From NCBI RefSeq assembly GCF_026626685.1, contig NZ_JAPNJX010000021.1, forward strand, positions 105,329 through 169,328: 64,000 nt of DNA, in the 5' to 3' direction. Position 1 is the first letter of the stretch; every line of letters starts with the position of its first letter. Shown here piece by piece: positions 56,570 through 64,000 of the stretch. The stretch is from Nannocystis sp. SCPEA4 (GTDB lineage Bacteria; Myxococcota_A; Polyangia; Nannocystales; Nannocystaceae). The notes below the pieces were generated by a model. That model ran no database searches. It saw only the letters and a list, made by a program, of their open reading frames with translations, and was not told where the DNA came from. A program made the translations under genes and the position numbers.

Positions 56570-59452
56570 TCACCCGATCTCGCCGCGGCGCGCCCGGCCG
56601 AACGCCACGCGGCGCAGCAGCAGGTCGAGGATCAACAGCGGCAGCGCCAGCGCCCACAGCACCTCGGGCCAGACCGGGCGCTGGCGCGTCCCTTGCGGCG
56701 CGCCGGGGCTCGTCACCACCGCGTCGATCGGCCCCGCGTGCGTGCCTTCGGGCGCCAGCGCCGCCAGCCAGGCCGGGTCGGCGCCGAGCTGGTCGGGCGC
56801 CAGCTCGGCCGGGTACGGCACGCTCGCCTGGCCGGTCGCCTCGGCCACCAGTCGCGGCGGCGTCTGGCCGTCGTCGAACATCTGCGCCTTGATCAGCCGC
56901 TGGCCCGCGCGCACCCCGATCACCGTCGCCTCGTAGCGGCCCGGCGCCGTCAGCTGCGTCGTCAGCTTGGTCGTATGTCCTTCGGAACCGGGAGGAAGGG
57001 ACGGGTCGATCACCTGCAGTTCGCCGCGCAGGTCGCTGACGAAGCCGGTGCTGGCGTCGAGGTCGACCACCGCGCGGAAGCTGCCCTCGTCGGCGCCGGG
57101 CGTGATCCGCAGCGACGCCCCGCCGAGCGACGCGGCGCCCTGGCGCATCACGTCGCGGGCCACCTGCGACCAGAACTTGGGGAAGCCCTCCCAGGCGATC
57201 CAGCGGTGGGCCCAGCGCGGCTTGGCGTCGGACGCGAACGCGACCGTGCGGCCGAGCCCGCGGCGGCCGCGGACCAGCAGCGGATCGCCGACGTGCGTGC
57301 GCAGCAGCAATTCCGCCAGCGGCTTGGTCTTCAGCGGGATCACCCCGCCGAGCCCCGGCGCGCGGTCGAAGTCGATCCCGCGCAGCACCTGGGCGCTCTT
57401 GGCCACCCGCGCGAACAGGTCGCGCTCGACCACCGCGTTGCGGGTCACCTCGCGCGTCTCGCGGGAGAAGATCCGCGGCACATCGGTGCCGTCCTGGCTG
57501 AAGTAGTAGCGGCCGCGCCCGCGCTCGGCGACGCGGGCGAGGAAGTCCTTGCCCGCGCCCGCGCCGACGCCGACGGCCGACACCGTAATGTCGGCGTCGC
57601 GCATGTCGGTGATGAGCGCCGACACCCCGGTCTCCGGCGACTGCCCGTCGGACAGCAGGATCACGTGCTTGACCAGCGCCTTGCTGCCCGCGAGCTGCAT
57701 GTACGCCTCGCGCAGGGCCGGCAGCGCATTCGTCCCGCCGCCGGCGCTGAGCCGGCGGATGTCGCCGGCGATCCGGATGCGGTTGGCGGCCGGCTGCAGG
57801 CGCACCAGCGTGACCGGCCGCGAGTCGAACGCGATCACCCCGATCTCGTCGCCCGGGTCGAGCGTCGAGGCCGTCGAGCGAGCTGCCTCTTTGACCAGGT
57901 CGAGGCGATCCTCGCTCGACATCGACCCGCTCTTGTCGATCACCAGCACCAGCGCCAGCGTCGGCTGCTCGCGCTGGCGCTCGCCCTCGAAGCGGACCGG
58001 CAGCACGTCCTCGATCACGCTGCCGCCCCAGCCGCCGACCCCGAACGCGCTCTCGCCCCCGATCATCACGAAGCCGCCGCCGTCCTGGACCCACTTCGCG
58101 ATCGCCTGCTGCTGCGCCCCCGACACGTGGCGCGACGGCACGTCCGACAAAATCACGAGGTCGTACGGCTGAAGCCCCTCGGCCGCGCCCGGGATCGCCG
58201 ACGCCGCCTCCGCGTCGACCTGCAGGTGGTCGGCCCGCAGCGCCCGCGCCAGCGCGCCCGACGGATCGCCCTCGCCGACCAGGAGCACGCGCGGTCGTCC
58301 GCGGACCTCGCCGACGGCCGCCGCGCGGTCGTTGTCGAGGCTGCGGTTGTCGGCCGCCGCCAGCTCGGCCGCGTCGAGTCGGGCCGCGATCACGATCGGC
58401 CCCGGCGCGTTGGCGCGGACCGGCACCTTGATCTGCTGCGGCCCGCCGCGCAGCGCCACCTCGACGCTCGGCGACAGCGCGTTCGGCTGCCCGTCCTTGT
58501 CGACGAACAGCTTGAGCGTGCGCGGCTCGGAGGCCCACACGTCGATCGCCGCGTCGAACGTCTGCCCGACCCGCAGCTCGCCCGGCAGGTGCACCCCCGC
58601 GACCAGCACGTCGCCGCGGGCCGCCGGCGCGGCCGTGCGGGTGTGCAGCGTGATCCCGCGCCGGCGCAGGCCCTCGGCCGCCGCGATCAGGTCGGTGCGC
58701 TCGGCCACGCTGGCGGCACCGTCGCTGACCAGCACCACCCGGCCCTCGGTGTCGGGGTCGAGCAGCGCCTCGGCCAGCCGCAGCGCCCCGGCGTGATCGC
58801 TGGCCAGTCCGCCATCTGGCTCTCGGGACAGCTGCACTTCAGCTGTCCCTTCGGACAGGGGCAGCGCCGCCGCCCGGCTCGCGTAGGTCACGAGGCGCAG
58901 GCGCGTGAGGTCGTCGCGGTCGCCGGTCTCGGCGCGGACCAGGCGCACGACCTCGCGCGCGACCCCCGTGAACGCGGCCAGCTGACCGTCGTCGACGCTG
59001 GCCGACACGTCGACGGCCACCACCACCGTCTTGCCGCGCCGCGGCGCCTGCAGGCTCGGGGCGGCCAGCGCCAGCGCCAGCGCCAGCAGCAGCAGCACGC
59101 GCGCGCCGAGCTGCAGCGCCACCTGCCAGGCCGGCAGGTCGACCAGCGAGCGGCGCGCGACCGCGACGAGGAACGGCAGCAGCGCCACCGGCATGAGCCA
59201 CAGCACGCTCGGGCGCGCCAGCACCAGCGTGCGGTCGCCGGCCTCCGACAGCCTGGCCGCCAGCCACTCGGGCAGGGTGAACAAAAGGACAGGAACGTCG
59301 GGACCGAAGCGATGCAGCGCCGCCGCGGCGCCGAGGCCGAGGGCCAGCCACAGCAGAGCCCAGGGGCGAGCTCCGAAGGGTGCAGCGCGGGTCAAGGGCG
59401 CACCGGGGCGCGCGGGCCGGGGGAAGATCGCATCGGCGAGGTCCGCAACCAT
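56570..59452 (-). CDS. VWA-domain protein with N-terminal TM segment (BatA/BatB-like)
   Basis: Met MVADLADAIFP, two N-terminal TM helices, two VWA-like MIDAS regions (VVVAVDVSASV; LVLVIDKSGSMSSEDRL). 961 aa. Confidence 0.7.
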   Translation of the reverse strand: MVADLADAIFPRPARPGAPLTRAAPFGARPWALLWLALGLGAAAALHRFGPDVPVLLFTLPEWLAARLSEAGDRTLVLARPSVLWLMPVALLPFLVAVARRSLVDLPAWQVALQLGARVLLLLALALALAAPSLQAPRRGKTVVVAVDVSASVDDGQLAAFTGVAREVVRLVRAETGDRDDLTRLRLVTYASRAAALPLSEGTAEVQLSREPDGGLASDHAGALRLAEALLDPDTEGRVVLVSDGAASVAERTDLIAAAEGLRRRGITLHTRTAAPAARGDVLVAGVHLPGELRVGQTFDAAIDVWASEPRTLKLFVDKDGQPNALSPSVEVALRGGPQQIKVPVRANAPGPIVIAARLDAAELAAADNRSLDNDRAAAVGEVRGRPRVLLVGEGDPSGALARALRADHLQVDAEAASAIPGAAEGLQPYDLVILSDVPSRHVSGAQQQAIAKWVQDGGGFVMIGGESAFGVGGWGGSVIEDVLPVRFEGERQREQPTLALVLVIDKSGSMSSEDRLDLVKEAARSTASTLDPGDEIGVIAFDSRPVTLVRLQPAANRIRIAGDIRRLSAGGGTNALPALREAYMQLAGSKALVKHVILLSDGQSPETGVSALITDMRDADITVSAVGVGAGAGKDFLARVAERGRGRYYFSQDGTDVPRIFSRETREVTRNAVVERDLFARVAKSAQVLRGIDFDRAPGLGGVIPLKTKPLAELLLRTHVGDPLLVRGRRGLGRTVAFASDAKPRWAHRWIAWEGFPKFWSQVARDVMRQGAASLGGASLRITPGADEGSFRAVVDLDASTGFVSDLRGELQVIDPSLPPGSEGHTTKLTTQLTAPGRYEATVIGVRAGQRLIKAQMFDDGQTPPRLVAEATGQASVPYPAELAPDQLGADPAWLAALAPEGTHAGPIDAVVTSPGAPQGTRQRPVWPEVLWALALPLLILDLLLRRVAFGRARRGEIG

Positions 59453-59557
59453 AGCGCCCCGGGCCGCCCGGCAAAAGCCGGCCCGCTGCGAGACGGCGTT
59501 CCCGGCGCGTCCGGGTTGCGCGGAAGCGGCAGGGCGGTTAGGGTGCCCGCCACCGAA

Positions 59558-60124
59558 GGAAGCGCTGTGAAGCCGATCGAGATCTGTCAACACCTGGGCC
59601 AAGGCCACATCGACGCGTACTACGACAAGCTCTCGGGCAAAGAGGTCCGCGAGGTGCTCAAGGCCGGCGGCTGCAGCGCCAACGTCCCCTCCACCGCGTA
59701 CACCCAGGCCGCCCGCCGTCGCGCCTGGCGCACGCGCTTCGACGCCGAACTGGGCCGCGGCAACGACAACCTCGCGCTCGCGCTCCTGCTCGAGTGGCTG
59801 ATGCGCCACAACCGCCAGATGCTGATCGACTACCTCGATTTCCTCGGCGTCAAGCACACCATGGGCGAGACCGACGAGGACTTCTGTGTCACCAACACGC
59901 CCGAGAAGCTGCGCGAGGGCGTCGCCGAGCTGCTCAAGAAGTACCCGCCCGCGCACGTGGCCAGCTACCTGCTGCTGGTCGGCCACCTGCAGGACACCCC
60001 GGTGTTCGACCAGACCCCCGAGGTCCTCAAGGCGCTCGGGGTCGAGGACGGCCCCGCCGCCGAGTACATCGAGAAGCACAAGCAGACCTACAAGCCGCGC
60101 ATGCGCCAGCAGGCCGCCTCCTGA
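59558..60124 (+). CDS. Hypothetical protein
   Basis: GTG-start 188-aa ORF with coding-like composition. It is the in-frame C-terminal part of an otherwise antisense 1143-aa ORF. Confidence 0.45.
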   Translation, partial: GSAVKPIEICQHLGQGHIDAYYDKLSGKEVREVLKAGGCSANVPSTAYTQAARRRAWRTRFDAELGRGNDNLALALLLEWLMRHNRQMLIDYLDFLGVKHTMGETDEDFCVTNTPEKLREGVAELLKKYPPAHVASYLLLVGHLQDTPVFDQTPEVLKALGVEDGPAAEYIEKHKQTYKPRMRQQAAS

Positions 60125-60131
60125 GGTCCGC

Positions 60132-60443
60132 GTGGATCGCCTGGCGATGCTCCGACAGTTCGTGGCCCAAAAGCCAGGTGAGGCGTTCCCGCGCTACGGC
60201 CTGGCGATGGAGCTCAAACGGCGCGGGCAGCTCGCCGAGGCGATCGTCGAATTCCGCGAGCTCATCGCCCGCAGCCCCGAGTACGTGCCTGCCTACCTGA
60301 TGGCCGGCAACACCCTGGTCGAGGCGGGCGACCGCGACGGCGCCCTGCAGGTGCTCCACCAGGGCGAGCAGGCCGCGCGCGCGGCCGGTGACGCGCACGC
60401 GCTCGGCGAGCTCGAATCCGCCCGCGCCGCGCTGGAAGGTTGA
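60132..60443 (+). CDS. Small TPR-like repeat protein
   Basis: About 100 aa with two TPR-like helix pairs (AEAIVEFRELIARSPEYVPAYLMAGNTLVEAGDRDGALQVL). GTG at 60132 or ATG at 60147. Confidence 0.45.
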   Translation: MDRLAMLRQFVAQKPGEAFPRYGLAMELKRRGQLAEAIVEFRELIARSPEYVPAYLMAGNTLVEAGDRDGALQVLHQGEQAARAAGDAHALGELESARAALEG

Positions 60444-61360
60444 TCGCCACGCCCGGCCCCGCTCACGCCGCCGCGATCGACCTCGTGTTCGCCAGCCCGC
60501 GGCGCCTGCCCAAGCCGGCGAACCTGCGCGGCCGCGTGGTCGTGCTCGACGTCGCCTTCGCGGCCGAGGGCATCGGCAGCGGCTTCGAAAAGATCACCGG
60601 CAAGTTCCTCACCGGCCTCGGCGCTCGCCTGGCCCGGTGGGTCGACCACCACGATCACGAGCGCCACGCCCAGTTCCGCGGCGATCGGCGGTTCGTCCTC
60701 CACACCAAGGCCGAGCACGGCGCCTGCCCCGAGATCATCACGCCCGAGATGGTCCAAGAGACAGGTCCGGTCGACACCATCGTCGCCCACTTCGACCTCG
60801 ACGGCCTCTACTCGGCCGCCAAGTGGCTGCTCGGCGGCGTCGAGCCCTACCCCGGCGCCGACGCCGACGCCCGCGCCGTCGACACCCGGATCGGCGAGCC
60901 CGGCCCGATCGGCGCGCTCGTCGACCGGGCCCTGCGCGCCCACTACGAGGACACCGTCCTCCTGATCAAGATCGTCCGCTGGCTGGTCGCCGGCATGCCG
61001 CGCGGCCCCGAGCAGGAGGCGATCGCCGCCGCCGCGGCCGACTTCGACGCCATGGCGGCCGAGGCCGCGGCGCTGGCCCGCGCCTACGTCGTCGAGGACG
61101 ACGTCGCCCTCGTGCGCGTCCCCGCCAACCAGCGCCCGTTCGACAAGACCGAGCTGCTGCTGCTCGGCCAGGAGCGCGCCCGCGTGGCCGTGGTCGTCGA
61201 CGGCCAGACCGTCAACATCGCCGCCGGCTTCGACAGCGGCCTCGATTTCGTGGCCCTGCTCGGCCTCGGCGGCGGGATGCCGACCCGCGTCAGCGTCCCG
61301 GCCTCGCGCCTCGCCGACACCCTCGACAAGATCCACGGCGCCCTGCGCGAGCGCGGTTGA
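60440..61360 (+). CDS. Hypothetical protein
   Basis: 306-aa ORF with TTG start overlapping the upstream stop. The true start is uncertain. Confidence 0.4.
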   Translation: MIATPGPAHAAAIDLVFASPRRLPKPANLRGRVVVLDVAFAAEGIGSGFEKITGKFLTGLGARLARWVDHHDHERHAQFRGDRRFVLHTKAEHGACPEIITPEMVQETGPVDTIVAHFDLDGLYSAAKWLLGGVEPYPGADADARAVDTRIGEPGPIGALVDRALRAHYEDTVLLIKIVRWLVAGMPRGPEQEAIAAAAADFDAMAAEAAALARAYVVEDDVALVRVPANQRPFDKTELLLLGQERARVAVVVDGQTVNIAAGFDSGLDFVALLGLGGGMPTRVSVPASRLADTLDKIHGALRERG

Positions 61361-61576
61361 CCTGTCCTTCGGGACACTGTCTCTACGGACATATCCCGAG
61401 AGACATCTCTGTCTCCAGGCCGACCGCCCCGCGCCGACGGGCGCACACGCGCCGCGGGCACGCGATCGCGCGCGATCGATAGCTCACTGGGTGTTGCAGG
61501 TCGGACAGGCAAATAGGACTCTACCGGCCGCAGTCCGAGTGCCCACCCCCCGGGCCGGACCCAGGAGAACCGCAAC

Positions 61577-61936
61577 ATGTCGCACCGTATTCGTCTCGCT
61601 CTGTTCGCCGCGCTGACCGCCGTGGCCGTCCCCGCCATCTCCTACGCCGACTCGGCCGGGACCGTCGGCAACGTCGAAGCCGTCACCCTCCACGAGCCCG
61701 GCAGCGACAACTACGGCATGTTCAACGGCTCCGTCACGATCAAGGAGAAGACGGGCCAGAAGCGCGACTACAAGTGGGGCGGCTCGCTGTGCCCCGGCCG
61801 TGAGATGAGCGCCAACTCGATCAACCTGCTGTTCCAGGCCCTCCAGGCCCGCAAGGCGATCGAGGTCACCCCCAACTACAAGACCGGCAACGGCAACGAG
61901 CGCTGCCTGACCGGCTTCAAGATCGCCAACCGCTGA
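61577..61936 (+). CDS. Small secreted protein
   Basis: RBS CAGGAGAAC 7 nt before the ATG. Signal peptide ALFAALTAVAVPAISYA. 119 aa, two Cys. Lower GC than surroundings. Confidence 0.6.
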   Translation: MSHRIRLALFAALTAVAVPAISYADSAGTVGNVEAVTLHEPGSDNYGMFNGSVTIKEKTGQKRDYKWGGSLCPGREMSANSINLLFQALQARKAIEVTPNYKTGNGNERCLTGFKIANR

Positions 61937-61939
61937 TCG

Positions 61940-62182
61940 TCAGGCGCCGCGGGCCGCCTGCACCAGCGCCCACAGCCCGGCCTCGGCCGGCCGTTCGTCG
62001 TTGATCATCACCGCGACGAACGCCGGCTCGGCCGGCAGATAGGCCACGATCGCCCGGAAGCCCGGCGCGCCGCCGCTGTGACCGACCATCAGCCCCGGCC
62101 CGCCCGCTGCCTCGTAGAGCATCATCCCCCGCCCGTAGCGCAGCGCCGGGTCGTCGAAAATCGGCGCCATGTCGCGCAGCAT
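61940..62182 (-). pseudogene. Remnant C-terminal fragment (about 80 aa) of a class-C-beta-lactamase-fold serine hydrolase
   Basis: ...GLMVGHSGGAPGFRAIVAYLPAEPAFVAVMINDERP matches the C-terminal GH(S/T)GG.PGF...V.(V/L).N block of this fold. No upstream SxxK-bearing N-terminal domain in any frame. Confidence 0.4.
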
Positions 62183-62193
62183 CGCCGCCAGGA

Positions 62194-62838
62194 TCACAGC
62201 GGTTGCCACTGCAGCGTCTCGACCGCGATCTGGTAGCCGAACCACCCGTTGTCGAGGCGCAGACGCGCCGGCAAGGCCCCGTCCTTCATCCCGCCCTCGT
62301 AGGTGATGACGATCGCGCCGGCCGGCTTGCCGTCCTTGCGCTCGAAGCGGCGCTCGAGCAGCGCCCCGCCCTGCCACACCTCGGTCACCCGCTCGTCGCC
62401 GACCTCGCCCGTGTGCGTCCCGTCGGGCAGCGGCGCTCCCGGCAGTCCGAGGAACTGCACGCGGTGGACGTCGAGCAGCATGAAGCGCGGCGGGAACGGC
62501 AGCTTGCCCTCCGGCGCGAACACCTCGATCTTCACCTCGGCGCCCTGCTGCTTGGCCACGAACGCCTTGGTCGCGAACGGCGTCAGCCCGACCAGCGTCA
62601 GCGCGTCGCCCTGCTTCTGCAGCACCACCTCGCCGCCTATCTCGCGCCCGCGGGCCGTGCCGTGCAGGCGCTGGCGGGCCATGAAGTCGGGCCCGGCCAG
62701 CGTCGTCGCCAGCGCCCCCGGGTAGTCGGCCTCGCGCAGCTCCCGCGGCGGCGCCGATTCGGCCTGCTGCCCTTTGGAGCATGCCCCCAGGAGCATGGCC
62801 CCGAAGACATGCCCGATCGACCATGCCCGAAGGTTCAT
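62194..62838 (-). CDS. Lipoprotein (possibly LolA-like partner of the upstream exporter)
   Basis: Lipobox AMLLGACS. 214 aa. ATG overlaps the upstream exporter stop codon (ATGA). Confidence 0.5.
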   Translation of the reverse strand: MNLRAWSIGHVFGAMLLGACSKGQQAESAPPRELREADYPGALATTLAGPDFMARQRLHGTARGREIGGEVVLQKQGDALTLVGLTPFATKAFVAKQQGAEVKIEVFAPEGKLPFPPRFMLLDVHRVQFLGLPGAPLPDGTHTGEVGDERVTEVWQGGALLERRFERKDGKPAGAIVITYEGGMKDGALPARLRLDNGWFGYQIAVETLQWQPL

Positions 62839-64000
62839 CCGTGGTCCTTCCCCTCGCCCGCGCCCGCCAGCACCAGGGCGGCCGGCGCCAGCACCAGGCT
62901 GAGCAGCACCCCGAGCCCGACGGTGACGCCGATCGCCTGCAGCGCCGGGCTGGCCGACATCGCCAGCAGCCCGAACGCCAGCACCGTGGTCAGACAGGCC
63001 AGCAGCACGCTCAGCACCGTCGCGTCGAAGCCCCGCGGGTCATGGCGGCTCTCGGCCAGGAACACCCCGTAGTCGACGCCCATGCACAGCACCAGCAGCA
63101 GCGCGACCGCGTGGAGGATCCCGATCGTCACCCCGCTCAGGGCGATCAGCGCCAGCGCCGTCGCGGCCGCCAGCACCGCCGGGGCGAACGCCGCCAGCGC
63201 CAGCTTGAGCCGGCGGTAGCGCAGCCACACCGTCGTGAGCATCGCCAGCAGGCCGAACACCACCAGCTCGAGCGTGCGCGCGCGGTAGCGGCCGAACGCC
63301 GCCTGCATCATGCCCTGCTGGTCGAAGTAGCGCACGTCGGGCAGATCGGCCAGGCGGGCCTGCAGCGCCGCCACATCGCTGACCCCGCGCAGCAGCGTCA
63401 CCAGCGCGATCTCGCCGCCCTCGATGTCGGCGCGGAACGTCCGCGCCGCCTCGGCCAGCGGCGTCGCGGCCAGGTCGGCCGGCCGCATCGGGTCTGGCCC
63501 ATGGGACATGTCCGAAAAGAACTTGGCGAACGAGCCGGCGCGGAAGCCCTCGGCCACGAACGCCGCGTCGAGGCGGGCCGGCAGGCTCGGGTCGGCCAGC
63601 GCCGCCGCGTTGTCGCGCTGCAGCCGCTCCGACCACACCAGCGCGTGCAGGCTGCGGAACGCCTCGACCTCGCCGGCCGCCTGGGCCGCGCGCAGGCGGA
63701 CCGCGACCGCGTCGTTGCCGGCCAGCGCCGCCTCCTCGTCGGCCCCGAACGCGACCACGAAGCGCCCGCCGTCCATCCGCGACACCCGCGCCCGCACCCG
63801 CTCGTCCTCCTCCAGCATCTCCGGGTCGAGCGCCGTCAACCGGCGCACGTCGTCGGAGAACTCGATGCGCGGCAGCCCGACCACGCACAGCCCGAGCGCC
63901 GCCGCCGGCAGCACCGCCACCGCCGAGCGCCGCCGTCGCATCGCCGCGACCATCCGCGCCAGCCCGGCCGCCGCCCGGCGCTGGACCCAGCCTGGCTTCG
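62835..64000 (-). CDS. MMPL/RND-type predicted exporter (COG4258-like); 5' end outside window
   Basis: Frame stays open to the window edge. C-terminal half shows soluble loop, then five or six TM helices. Translationally coupled to the lipoprotein gene. Confidence 0.55.
   Translation of the reverse strand, partial: KPGWVQRRAAAGLARMVAAMRRRRSAVAVLPAAALGLCVVGLPRIEFSDDVRRLTALDPEMLEEDERVRARVSRMDGGRFVVAFGADEEAALAGNDAVAVRLRAAQAAGEVEAFRSLHALVWSERLQRDNAAALADPSLPARLDAAFVAEGFRAGSFAKFFSDMSHGPDPMRPADLAATPLAEAARTFRADIEGGEIALVTLLRGVSDVAALQARLADLPDVRYFDQQGMMQAAFGRYRARTLELVVFGLLAMLTTVWLRYRRLKLALAAFAPAVLAAATALALIALSGVTIGILHAVALLLVLCMGVDYGVFLAESRHDPRGFDATVLSVLLACLTTVLAFGLLAMSASPALQAIGVTVGLGVLLSLVLAPAALVLAGAGEGKDHG

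Noticed and set aside
56693-59557. First about 950 codons of the plus-strand 1143-aa ORF
   Set aside because: Antisense to the VWA-domain gene. Only the in-frame C-terminal 188 codons (59558..60124) lie outside that gene and look coding.
61940-62824. 294-aa minus-strand ORF as a single gene
   Set aside because: Its upstream 210 codons overlap the lipoprotein gene 62194..62838 out of frame with junk composition. Only the last 80 codons resemble a real domain and were reported as a remnant.

Overview
This 64-kb window is very GC-rich (roughly 70%) and densely coding on both strands. There are no rRNA or CRISPR features, no recognisable IS or transposase genes, and I could not identify a tRNA by eye. 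By inference from gene content, it looks like a Myxococcota-type chromosome segment. The content pointing that way is two eukaryotic-like Ser/Thr kinases (one TPR, one WD40) with an ECF sigma factor divergent from the latter, a WG-repeat protein, an AgmX/PglI-type protein, an HTTM membrane protein, a DUF1592-family/DUF1552 pair, an M16 peptidase pair, a hybrid sensor kinase, and a full-length major vault protein (MVP) homolog.

I called about 45 protein genes, including msrB, rsgA, a SPASM radical-SAM enzyme downstream of the MVP gene, a ThrRS catalytic-core-only paralog, a VWA protein, two alpha/beta hydrolases and a tandem pair of glycine-rich lipoproteins.

The most striking non-genic signal is a dispersed family of short repeats built on the palindrome GACATGTC (often GGACATGTCC). 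They occur as tandem arrays with a period of about 14 bp in most intergenic regions, frequently as local AT-rich islands. They also occur as single copies embedded in-frame inside many CDSs.

Other structure worth a look:
- a roughly 235-bp dispersed element, carrying its own 21-bp inverted repeat, present in two inverted copies;
- a DUF1592-family gene interrupted by one in-frame TAA inside a conserved motif;
- a duplicated 3' end of the MVP gene;
- repeat-laden spacers around the glycine-rich lipoprotein paralogs;
- a truncated serine-hydrolase remnant.

Coordinates follow the supplied ORF track and may be off by 1 where I located a start codon by eye.
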